The notes under the pieces are model-generated. The model searched no databases, was not told the DNA's origin, and saw nothing but the letters and a program-made list of their open reading frames with translations. The position numbers and the translations under genes are program-made. A DNA stretch of 64,000 nucleotides from positions 85,612 to 149,611 of the forward strand of contig JAANOX010000259.1 in assembly GCA_020184695.1 (NCBI GenBank), written 5' to 3'. This document shows, one piece after another, positions 22,419-32,358 of the stretch. How positions within the stretch are numbered: the first letter of the stretch is position 1; each line of letters starts with the position of its first letter. Source of the DNA: Histomonas meleagridis 2922-C6/04-290x. Its lineage: Eukaryota; Protista; Parabasalia.

Positions 22419-22664
22419 TAAAAGTAAACCTGACAAATATTGGATTTAAATTTATCAAATATTCAATTGTTTCGATTTCTATTAATTCATTCGATTTTTA
22501 ATAAAAATTTTTGAACGTATAAACTATTTCCAATAAAAGGAAAGCACGATATACCACAATTATTTAATTTTTCGATTGAGTATAGAGGTACTTCACAATT
22601 TTTTTCTTCATGAACTAGTCATTTGCTTTCCTTTTTTACGAGAAAATCTGTTTTTACTGTTTAT

Positions 22665-24118
22665 TCAGTTATTCAATAGTGTAAGCAATTTGCCATTGTT
22701 CTTTAAAATTATGTAGCGATATTTACATTGTCCAGATGTTCGGGTATTTCCAAAAATCTGTGGTACTTTAGACCATTTTTTTCCATTCTCTAGAACAAAT
22801 TGGCATAGCAATTTGTCCTCTTCATCTGTCCATTTACGGATTGCTGCTCTTTGCTTGTTTCTCAGATCTAGAACTGCTCTAGCATTAGGGTCGAATCTTT
22901 CAGGATCATTGATGCTTGGATCAAATTTCAAAAAAAGTCGTGCATCATCAATAATTTGAAGCTCATTATCACATTGTAGTATGGGCCCATTAAAAGGGAA
23001 AGTATTTCTCCTGAATATTCATTTATGCACATTCCTCCATTTAAAATACAATACTTAAGTCTTGAATTAAATTGTCTAGTTAAAGCATTTACCTGTTCCA
23101 TTGTAAGTATATTATTCCACCAATGACGGCATAAATATATCATTTCATCGATCTTTTGTGGTTCTGATTGTTTAATTAACCATTCTTTAAGCATTGCCCA
23201 TACTACTTCTATTGGATTCAAGTCTGGACTGTTTGCAGGCCAGATACCAAGTAAGTTGATTCGTTTTTTGTAACCATAACATTGTTTCTTTTGCCACATG
23301 ATAAGGAGCATTGTCTTGCATAAAATAATAATAATAATATTCATCTTTTCTGTTCAAGATTCCAAGTAGTTGAACATTATGACTATACTGCTCAGCATCA
23401 ATTTTCACTGGAGAGACAACAAACTCTGACTTATAATTTATACCAATTGCACCGAAAATCATGATTTTGTTGGCTGTTTTGTTTCATTCACATAAATATT
23501 TTCATTTGTACTGCCATGTTTTTTCCATAAATATGAATTATCTGGACAAAATTGGATTTTACACTCATCACTAAACACAATTTTTTCATGTTTTTCATCG
23601 TTTTGTAACATAGAATAAGCAAAAGTAAAACTTCTATCCAAGCATGCTTGAGTCATTTGAGGTCTCCTTTTAAGTGGTTCGAAAAAAAAATGTAATTCAT
23701 GTCTGATTTTTGCAATAGTTGATTTTTTGATTGATTATTCTGGACTGCTTATTTGTTGTGAAACTCGCTTGCAAGTTGACCTTGGTGATGAGATGGTTAT
23801 TTCATCAATTTTTGCTTTATCATTATTATCAATTTTTAGAAGTCTTTATATCTTTTTACATAAAACTTCTCCGCTTAGCTGATATTCTTTAAGTACTAAT
23901 GTAATATGTATTTGTGATGTATTTAGACAATGTTCAATATCGCGATATGTAAATCCGAAACTTCTGATTCTTATTATCGCTTAATTTTTATTTTCATCAG
24001 GCATTACTCCAGGGTATGTTTTTTGAGCAATATTGGCTTTTATTCGATCTTCTAGATAGAGTCCTAACAACGACCAGCTTTCCATCTGATTTCTATCGTT
24101 CGCTATCGTGCTTTCCAT
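22665..24118 (-). pseudogene. Tc1 DD34E transposase with apparent C-terminal Myb/SANT domain
   Basis: IVFSDEC / FMQDNAPYH / WPANSPDLNPIE (34 residues between D and E). N-terminal HTH region has TAAs at 23981, 23846 and 23735. Single-base indels near 23465 and 23268. Downstream frame encodes KWTDEEDKLL...GKKWSKV...RTSGQCKYRY. Confidence 0.85.
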
Positions 24119-24280
24119 TTTTTGAAACTAGTTTATGTATAAAAAATCTTAATATGCTTCAAAAATATGATATTAGCACTTTTCGTAAACGATTCAAAAC
24201 TGGATATCTAAAAGTGCTGTACAGAAAACGTTAAGACCTTTTAACGGTCATCTCGAGTAATTCACTTTTAATGTAAACAT

Positions 24281-24320
24281 ATCAAAAGTGGAGTGTCAAA
24301 AAGTGCGCTTTTTTTCTACC
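24281..24320 (-). repeat. Right outer TIR of the Tc1 element
   Basis: Inverted match to 21301-21341 (3 mismatches, 1 gap). Confidence 0.85.
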
Positions 24321-24659
24321 ACTACATTTATTAAAGATATCCTTATGCTGAAATGTACATTCTAAATTAATGATATTATTTTATCATTATTCTATCAACA
24401 AATATGTGAATTCAAATAATTATAATGTTTTATTTATTATTCATTAATCTTTTATTTTTTTTTCTTTTCCATCCATATGATATTTATAAAATTTTTAATT
24501 AATTGCGTTCACCGAGATTTGAATCTCAAAAAATGTGAAGAAATTCTAAATATCAATAATTTATATGATTCGGTAGGCTTCTCATATGAGCAAAACCAAC
24601 CATTCAAAAAAAATTCACATCTATTGTCAGAAACTCACATATATTTTGAAAAAAAATAT

Positions 24660-24731
24660 GGGGCGATTCGGGAATCGAACCCGAGACCTCTCGCACCCAA
24701 AGCGAGAATCATTCCACTAGACCAATCACCC
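24660..24731 (-). tRNA. trnP-UGG: tRNA-Pro(UGG), copy 2, identical to copy 1
   Basis: Same 72 nt as 14474-14545, with its own T8 terminator at 24649-24656. Confidence 0.97.
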
Positions 24732-24811
24732 TTTCTGAATATAAAAATTTATCTCAATATATAATAAATATTATACTTTTCAACAAAGACAAGGATAACA
24801 AAACAAAAATA

Positions 24812-26206
24812 ATGAAAAAAATTGATATTAGAGACTTATTTGAAGTCGAATTTTTGGATGATAAGCCACCAATAAAATCTATTGCTGCAGATACAATTAA
24901 AGAAGATGAAATTAATCAATTATTTGAAATTATTAATTTAACTTCTAATGAACCTACACTCGAGAACTTAAGAAATTTTTCAGATTTTATCTCACGGAAA
25001 GAAAGAATGAATTCTGAAATCTTTAGCCAATTTCCAATTCATTATCAACTCCTCGATATATTAGTTTCAGACGCACCCAAAGAAGTTATAAAAGAAGCTC
25101 TTACATGTTTATCATATTTCCCTCGTGCATTTCCTGATTTAACAGAAGAAATTCTCAACTCCAATTATTTTGATTGTATCTTTCGTTTAATGGAAACCAA
25201 AGACAGTGCATTTACTGTTCCCATATTTGACAATTTTTCTATGCTTATACTTTGTTATGAACCCATACGGTCTGTTTTTTTCCAAAATTTTTCTGTTACT
25301 CAAATATTTTTTTATGAAATTTCTATTCTTGACACAGTAAACAGTGAATCCATAGCCCAATTTTCGGACTACATAACATATTTTACACCACTAACTGAAG
25401 AAATCGCCGATATTTTATTCCGAATTTTCCAAGTGATAATCGTTCAACGATTTCCAGAACGAATTCATAAAAGCCACGCACAAATATTTTCACTCCATGG
25501 AATTTTAACATGTCTACAATCAGAACAATTCAATGACCGATTTAAAGTACATCTTGTTGAATCGAATAATATCACAAAATTATTAAACATATTTTTTTGT
25601 GGAAGAGAACTTAAAAGAGAACGAATTTTAGCGATATCAGTTATTGCGGAATTATACAAACTTCATATACCAGATGTCCCAAATTTTATACCACAAATTC
25701 TTGAATCACCTTATTTATGTCAATACGCAGGTTCATTTAATCAAATTGCGTCAAGTCTAAATCAAATAATTTCATTTGCTTCCGAAGAAATTTTTGATGA
25801 ACTTTTAGAAAATGATGTCTATAATAAATTGGTACAATTGCAAAAAGATGCTTCTTTTGCTACTAAATCAATGGCACTTGATTGTTTAATGGCGTTATTT
25901 TATCGAATGACGCCACCGCAATCTTTGGTATTTTGCCAAGAGTCACTTTTCGATATACTATTCAATATGCTTAATTTGGATAATAAGGAATTAATTGTTC
26001 AAATCATTGAGTTTTTAAATGTAATTTGTGAAAGAGCTGCAAGGGAAAATGATTTAGAAACAGTGAAAATTATTTTAGCGAAAATTAACGGAGCTGAAGA
26101 ATTAAATAGTGTGGCGGCTGAGAACACTGAATTACCCGAAAACACATACGAAATAATTGGACAGTTATTAACACTATGTGAATCAGAAAATGTCTATGAA
26201 GGATAA
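24812..26206 (+). CDS. ARM/HEAT-repeat helical protein (importin-alpha-like, divergent)
   Basis: 464-aa helical-repeat pattern, e.g. ASFATKSMALDCLMAL; resembles 12999-14417. Confidence 0.65.
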   Translation: MKKIDIRDLFEVEFLDDKPPIKSIAADTIKEDEINQLFEIINLTSNEPTLENLRNFSDFISRKERMNSEIFSQFPIHYQLLDILVSDAPKEVIKEALTCLSYFPRAFPDLTEEILNSNYFDCIFRLMETKDSAFTVPIFDNFSMLILCYEPIRSVFFQNFSVTQIFFYEISILDTVNSESIAQFSDYITYFTPLTEEIADILFRIFQVIIVQRFPERIHKSHAQIFSLHGILTCLQSEQFNDRFKVHLVESNNITKLLNIFFCGRELKRERILAISVIAELYKLHIPDVPNFIPQILESPYLCQYAGSFNQIASSLNQIISFASEEIFDELLENDVYNKLVQLQKDASFATKSMALDCLMALFYRMTPPQSLVFCQESLFDILFNMLNLDNKELIVQIIEFLNVICERAARENDLETVKIILAKINGAEELNSVAAENTELPENTYEIIGQLLTLCESENVYEG

Positions 26207-26466
26207 ATACTAATTTATATTATTTATAATAAAATTTAAATATAATTTTTTAAATAATGTGTTTCTGTTCTAATCAATTTGTAAAATTATTTTTTGATAT
26301 TTATTCATGTGTGAAAATTATTTCATATCTGAATAAAATATTTTAAATACGATTAGATCAAAATCATTCTAAATAATATTAACAATTTGTTTAAACAGAT
26401 GTAAAAGATTTCAGTTTCAAATTTGTTTGATTAAAAAAAAAGATAATTTCGAAAGAAAGAATAATT

Positions 26467-29400
26467 TTATTTATAATTTTGGTTCCATTTCAAAACGTCA
26501 GCAAAAGCATTTTCCACATTTTCATTTTCGAAAATTTCGATCAATTTTTCCTCTTTCAAATTATTTCTTATCATAAACTTCGTTATTTCATAATTATGTT
26601 TTGCGTTTTCGTCAATTTTTAATTCTTTTAATAGCATTTTCACCAAAACGAAAGATGTTACAATGTTATTATTATTCTCGAACATTTGTTTCGATAATAA
26701 AATTGGAATCAAATCATTTTTATCCAATTTTTCCAACAAAATTTTACCAATTTTAATCACATCGAATAAGTAATGATCACTTTCGTTAATGATATACACA
26801 ATTTTCTGCAAAATTTCCATCGATGCCACATCGAAATCCAAAGAATTTAATATGTTATACTTAAGTTTATTACCGAAATTCAAAAAATCCAAAATTATAT
26901 TATAACTTGAAAACTTACAATTAAACACAACGTTAATCATTTGCATGAAAATTTGAATATTTTCGTTATTATAAAAACGAAAAATATTTTCTTCGAAAAT
27001 CGGAAATCTTTTATCATAAAGATTCGGATTTAATTTATCGAAATGAGGTTGAAGTAGCTCATTAAACACAGGCGAAACATTTATTAAAATTTTATTTTTA
27101 TCATTAATATGATTCGAATATTTTGTTGATAATATAATATTTAACTCACGTGAATAAGAAGGAGGATAACATTTTATATTATCGAAAACTTTTTTATTTT
27201 TTTGATAAATTTTCGGATAATTTTTCTTTTCATCATTATTAAACTTTGTTATATTAATATATGGATATAATGGATGAAAATCGGGAATTTGGTTTAAAAT
27301 TTTCATATAATTTTCACGTGTTATATCATATTGATTTAATATATAAAATATGAAATAACTTTCAATGAAATTCTTTTGTAAGAAATTAATTAAATTTTCA
27401 TTAACGTTTAATTCAAAATTATTTATGGTCGGATATGAAATATTTATTGGATATAATGAATTAAATATATTAATATTTAATGGATATTTAAAATTAATGT
27501 TTTCATTAATAGTTAACATATTAAAACATTTCGTTGTTATACTTTTAATATATTCAGGAAACAAAATTTCATTCATTTTATTCCCAAATGCATTTAATGT
27601 TTCTTCAATATTATCATAATAAGGAACAAATTCATTAAATCGTTTTATATCGATTTTTATTATCATTTCAATTAACAATTTACGAATTCCTTTTTCAGTT
27701 GTTAATGCTTTAATTAAACTAATTTCATTCGGCTCAATACTTAATTCCACAAAACATTTATCAATTAAATTTATTATATTCTTATCTAATGTATTATAAT
27801 CTTGTCGAATATATGAGAAATAAATCGACGTCGTTATTAACGAATAGAAATCATTTCGTTTAATGATTATTCGTTTCGACCATTTTTTGAGATTAATATT
27901 TAAACTCATTCGATTTCCATATGAAAAAAATGATGAAACTAATCGAGTGTTTTGATATTTCGCTAATACATATTCTTCGATTTCTTTCCATTTATCATTA
28001 CATAACAAACGATTAGAAAACCATAAAAAAGTAAAAAGTTCAAATTCAGTTGTTTCATTATTATAAGGATTAAAAGGAATTTTAATTTTTGAGTTTTCCG
28101 TTTTATTTTTAATTTCTTTTTCTTCTTTAAATGTTATTTCATTTTGTGGATTTAATTTTATTTCATTAGATATTATATATTTAAAATTATTTTTCGTTTC
28201 TAAATCATTTCGAATATTATTAAATGATTTTGGATATAAATTAATAACTTTTCGATGTATTTCATCAAGTTCATTTTGAGTAATATTAATATCTTTTAAT
28301 GTAGAAATAAAATCGAAATCATTTTCATTTATTATCCATTCATTAAAATTAAATTTGTTAATACATAAATCAAAATAATTTTTATCATCTTTAAGTTCAA
28401 GAAATGTTTTATAAGGAGTTTCTAATTTATTTTCATTCATTTCATATAAAACTTTTAATATTTCTCGATCAAAATTCGCAGCAACTTCGAAATAATTTTT
28501 TATGATAAATAAATTGTTTTTCGGTATTATTGAAATTGCTGTTTTACATATTATTAATGAATATTTATATTGGAATGCTAATTTAAAGAAGTTCAAAATG
28601 TTTTCGATAATTAAATTATTATTTTTAATTTTTATTAATTCGATTAATAATTTACAACAAGAATTAGTAAAAACAGAACCGAAATAATTAATAATTTGTA
28701 TGATTCCAATTATATTATCTTCATTTAAATTAATTTTTATGATAATTTTTGTTAATAACTTTAAATATGAATTAATAATTTTTCCGAAAATCGATTTCTT
28801 AAATTCATTATCTACAATTAATAATAATTTCTCTAATTTTAATTTATAATTTTTCCAATCTTTTAATCGTTTAAATGATTTCAAACTTATCATTGAATTC
28901 GTAATATCGAAACCTAAAATTTTTATTGATTTAAAAATTATTGGTAAAATTTTATTAAAAATTTCTTCGGAATATAATAAAACATCATTTGATTTAGTTA
29001 ATAATTTTAATGCAATAGGGAAAGAAGAATAAGAAATTAAATTATAATCCAAAAGTTCAATAATAAATTTTGTACTTAAATTCTTAAATATTTTTATGTA
29101 AAAATTCGAGTTCTTAAACCAATCAAGTTTCGAAATTGATATATTAATATTAAACTCATTAATTAACAAAGAAATTTCTTCAAGAATTGATTCATGAGGA
29201 TTATCCTTTATAAAAGATAAAATTATTTTCTCAATTTTTATCGGTAAGTTCTTAATATTATATAATTTATAGTTAATACTTTTTAATAATTTTATTATTT
29301 GTATTTGTTCGACAAAATAATTCGGTAATGGATTTAATATCAATGATAAAATTTGTTGCGTTTTAATTTCATTCATTAAGTATAAGTTATTAAAACAATT

Positions 29401-30507
29401 AATTAAACATTTGATTAATGATAAATATTTCGTCGGTTCTTTTTCTATTGCAATTTGCGTTATATATTCGAAAAAATTGTTCGGAATTTTATTGTTGTTA
29501 ATAAAAACCGAACATAACTTGATAATTGAGACTTGAATTATCGATGGAAATGTTACGTCAAATATTAAAAATCGTTCTAATTCATTTAATTCTATGATAT
29601 TATAATGATTTAATGTAACTATTAAGTCAATAATTTCGGATTTATGTGAAATAGTTATCGAATTTGTTGTCCAAAGTTTAGTAATTATGTCAAATAATTC
29701 TTTGAATTTGTTTTCTTGGATATTAAATAAATTTGTTTCATTTCGTTTGACATTTAAATTGATGATTTCAATCGAAAGTGAAATTTGATTGGAATCAGAT
29801 GAATTTAATGCCTCAATTAAACGAATATATACAATATCAAAATTAAAAAATTCAGTTTTTGGATATATTGAAAGAAATTGTTTGAGGAATTTAAGATTAG
29901 ATTTCTTGACAACAACCGGAAATAAGACTTTGGAGTCTTTACAACACATTAAAACAACTGCATGTGATAACGGTGAGTCAACTAAAAATTCTATGATTGA
30001 AATTATGGAATTAATTGATAATTCATCTCGAAATAAAATCCATATATCATCACTAAGACTTTCGTGTAACTCTGGGTGTGAACTAATAAGCATACAATAG
30101 AAGTTTTCAATGTATTCGGACCGTTCATTTGGTGGAATAGTTAATAAACAATTAACAAAAAAATTAAAAAGTATAGAAAGAGAGCTGGTTTCAAAGTAAG
30201 AATCATTGGTTAACTTTTGGTATGTTTCAAATAATGATTTTGGAGAAAAAGCAATTAATAAAGATGATAAATGATTCAGAAATAATTCCGTTAAGTGTTT
30301 TAACTTAAGGTTTTGGTGGCACACTGGTAAAACATGTTTTATTATTGCTTGTAATAAAGAAGGAATGAAATTACTATTATTTAAATCAAAATTTTTCACT
30401 TTTAATAACTTTGTAAGTTGAGCAAAAATGGCTTCAATTTCCGATGTGTTTCCAGTGCTTACTGCGTCTTGAATTGCCTTTTCAAAACCATCGCTTTTTA
30501 TTCCCAT
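26467..30507 (-). CDS. Large HEAT-like, Ile/Asn/Lys/Leu-rich hypothetical protein
   Basis: Uninterrupted 1346-aa ORF in very AT-rich DNA; family not recognised. Confidence 0.75.
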   Translation of the reverse strand: MGIKSDGFEKAIQDAVSTGNTSEIEAIFAQLTKLLKVKNFDLNNSNFIPSLLQAIIKHVLPVCHQNLKLKHLTELFLNHLSSLLIAFSPKSLFETYQKLTNDSYFETSSLSILFNFFVNCLLTIPPNERSEYIENFYCMLISSHPELHESLSDDIWILFRDELSINSIISIIEFLVDSPLSHAVVLMCCKDSKVLFPVVVKKSNLKFLKQFLSIYPKTEFFNFDIVYIRLIEALNSSDSNQISLSIEIINLNVKRNETNLFNIQENKFKELFDIITKLWTTNSITISHKSEIIDLIVTLNHYNIIELNELERFLIFDVTFPSIIQVSIIKLCSVFINNNKIPNNFFEYITQIAIEKEPTKYLSLIKCLINCFNNLYLMNEIKTQQILSLILNPLPNYFVEQIQIIKLLKSINYKLYNIKNLPIKIEKIILSFIKDNPHESILEEISLLINEFNINISISKLDWFKNSNFYIKIFKNLSTKFIIELLDYNLISYSSFPIALKLLTKSNDVLLYSEEIFNKILPIIFKSIKILGFDITNSMISLKSFKRLKDWKNYKLKLEKLLLIVDNEFKKSIFGKIINSYLKLLTKIIIKINLNEDNIIGIIQIINYFGSVFTNSCCKLLIELIKIKNNNLIIENILNFFKLAFQYKYSLIICKTAISIIPKNNLFIIKNYFEVAANFDREILKVLYEMNENKLETPYKTFLELKDDKNYFDLCINKFNFNEWIINENDFDFISTLKDINITQNELDEIHRKVINLYPKSFNNIRNDLETKNNFKYIISNEIKLNPQNEITFKEEKEIKNKTENSKIKIPFNPYNNETTEFELFTFLWFSNRLLCNDKWKEIEEYVLAKYQNTRLVSSFFSYGNRMSLNINLKKWSKRIIIKRNDFYSLITTSIYFSYIRQDYNTLDKNIINLIDKCFVELSIEPNEISLIKALTTEKGIRKLLIEMIIKIDIKRFNEFVPYYDNIEETLNAFGNKMNEILFPEYIKSITTKCFNMLTINENINFKYPLNINIFNSLYPINISYPTINNFELNVNENLINFLQKNFIESYFIFYILNQYDITRENYMKILNQIPDFHPLYPYINITKFNNDEKKNYPKIYQKNKKVFDNIKCYPPSYSRELNIILSTKYSNHINDKNKILINVSPVFNELLQPHFDKLNPNLYDKRFPIFEENIFRFYNNENIQIFMQMINVVFNCKFSSYNIILDFLNFGNKLKYNILNSLDFDVASMEILQKIVYIINESDHYLFDVIKIGKILLEKLDKNDLIPILLSKQMFENNNNIVTSFVLVKMLLKELKIDENAKHNYEITKFMIRNNLKEEKLIEIFENENVENAFADVLKWNQNYK

Positions 30508-30663
30508 TTCCGGTGCAACTTTTTGATTATCTATTCAAAACGCTGGAACCGCCAAATGATTATTTTGTTTATTGAAAATATGGAAATAATTGAAAATTTC
30601 CTTTCAATTGATTACACAAAATTTCTGTGTGTATATGTCTAAAGAACTTTAAGTTGGAAGCAA

Positions 30664-31872
30664 ATGATTCTTAAACCAGCTGAACAAGTATTAATTGCTT
30701 ACCAACATATATTGGACATTGACATTTCTCAATGCGGCGAGATAGGACGTTCGATTCCTATTCCAACTTTTGATGCAGACTTAATTACAAAACTTTGTGA
30801 ACAAGCAAAAGAACAACTCGTAGAAACTCCAATTGTAATGCATGTTCAGGCGCCAATATATGTAATTGGAGATATCCATGGAAACATTTTTGATTTAATT
30901 AGAATTTTGGTCCATGCTCTTCCTCCTCCACGATCAAGACTTTTATTTCTTGGAGATTATGTAGATAGAGGAGAGTATAGTGTTGAAGTTGTAACTCTTT
31001 TATTTGCTCTAATGTGTAAGTATCCAAATTATGTTTATGTCTTACGTGGAAATCACGAGTTCTATTCAATGAATACATCATATGGATTTTTAGATGAAGT
31101 CAAAAATCAGTACAAATCAAAAGCATTATTTGAGGTTTTTAATGATACATTCCAATATCTCCCACTTGTTGCCATTATAAACAATGAAATATTCTGTGTT
31201 CATGGTGGCATATCACCATCACTTACCAGCCTAAGCCAAATTGAGAAAATTAAGCGTCCATTGTCAGAATATGATGTTGAATATGTCTGTGATTTTGTCT
31301 GGAGCGATCCAAGCTATGACACGCAAGGCTACAACATTTCTAGTCGTGGTCTAGGTGTTCAGTTTGGTGTTAAAGCCCTTACTGATTTTCTCAATAATCT
31401 CAATATGACAAAAATCATCCGAGCCCATCAATGTGTCCAACCAGGTGTCACCAAATTTGGTGGTGATTTACTTCATACTGTTTTTTCTTGTAGTAATTAT
31501 GCTGATTCTCTCGGAAATCGATGTGGCTTAATCTTTGTCAAGCCAACCTTGCAACTTCAGCTGTTCTCCCTTCCTCCCCTCGAACAAATCCCTCGCTCAG
31601 AGGCTAACACCAAAAGATGCCAGCCTGTCGAGGAGCAGGAGATGATGGCAAACAACGCATTGTCGTTGAACGTTAAGCTCTTTGAGCTTCAATCGAAGAG
31701 AAACACGAAGACGAAATTGCATGTTCCAAGGCCTTCTGAACCAGTGAACAAATTATCAAAATCTGATAAAATGTTTAGCGTTCAAAGAACAAATACACCT
31801 TCGCCCCCACCAAAGACAAAGTTGCCGCCTTTAAATAGATCGAAGTCATGCGAAATGAAAATGAAGGCGTGA
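30664..31872 (+). CDS. PPP-family Ser/Thr protein phosphatase (PP1-like) with Pro/Ser-rich C-terminal extension
   Basis: GDIHG, GDYVDRG, RGNHE, HGG, WSDP and RAHQ motifs. Confidence 0.92.
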   Translation: MILKPAEQVLIAYQHILDIDISQCGEIGRSIPIPTFDADLITKLCEQAKEQLVETPIVMHVQAPIYVIGDIHGNIFDLIRILVHALPPPRSRLLFLGDYVDRGEYSVEVVTLLFALMCKYPNYVYVLRGNHEFYSMNTSYGFLDEVKNQYKSKALFEVFNDTFQYLPLVAIINNEIFCVHGGISPSLTSLSQIEKIKRPLSEYDVEYVCDFVWSDPSYDTQGYNISSRGLGVQFGVKALTDFLNNLNMTKIIRAHQCVQPGVTKFGGDLLHTVFSCSNYADSLGNRCGLIFVKPTLQLQLFSLPPLEQIPRSEANTKRCQPVEEQEMMANNALSLNVKLFELQSKRNTKTKLHVPRPSEPVNKLSKSDKMFSVQRTNTPSPPPKTKLPPLNRSKSCEMKMKA

Positions 31873-32358
31873 ATGATATAGTTTTTGTTTAAGTATTAAT
31901 AAAAGTGTTTTTACTTCTGTTTGGATATTGTACAAAAGTGTTCAATGAGATTCGATTTTAATATGCGAAACAATAAAAATATTTATAGTTATTTAGATTT
32001 GTTTGTGCTAAATTAGCAAGAGAAATATTATATAATATTAAATTTACTTAATCTTTTCTTTGTTTCCCACATTATGATTTGAAATTCTCTGTTTCAAATA
32101 AAAAGAATTTAAATGAAATTTATTTATTGTATATTAAATCTGTTAACATTTTAATCAAACTCATGATAAATCATCTAGATGGTAAACAAAAAAATTTATA
32201 TTATGCACATTATTATTATTCTTGGAAGCTTTAAAATGAATATTAAAATTTTTTATATGTTTTTGTTAATATGAAATTTTTTAGAATATTTCTTAAAAAA
32301 TATTTTATAAAAACGATTAACCTAATTTTATACTTTTATTTACTAAAAACTTTTTGAT

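Larger units (their letters stand above)
21376..22441 (-). mobile_element. IS481-like (IS481EU-type) DNA transposon, decayed
   Basis: Integrase-fold transposase inside. Candidate termini TGTATTTGGAGGT and (reverse complement) AATATTTGTCAGGT; flanks GGTT (21372-21375) and GGAT (22442-22445) resemble a 4-bp TSD. Boundaries are tentative. Confidence 0.7.
21301..24320 (-). mobile_element. Tc1-family DNA transposon with long imperfect TIRs, interrupted by an IS481-like element
   Basis: Outer inverted repeats 21301-21341 and 24281-24320 match at 37/41 nt. Inner inverted match GGAAAGCACGATA at 22539-22551 and 24104-24116, with further similarity around it. DD34E transposase inside. Confidence 0.8.

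Noticed and set aside
857-23983. Repeated single in-frame TAA stops in otherwise open frames (857, 19538, 19835, 22002, 23735, 23846, 23981) suggested TAA recoding or donors with a TAA=Gln code.
   Set aside because: Canonical-length host genes (14-3-3, LC8, DJ-1) end in TAA, the same elements also carry frameshifts and TAG stops, and TAA is the expected nonsense product in AT-biased decay.
14474-24731. Dada-type transposon insertion into a tRNA gene.
   Set aside because: Dada elements insert within small-RNA genes with short TSDs; here both tRNAs are full length and no Dada-like transposase is recognisable.
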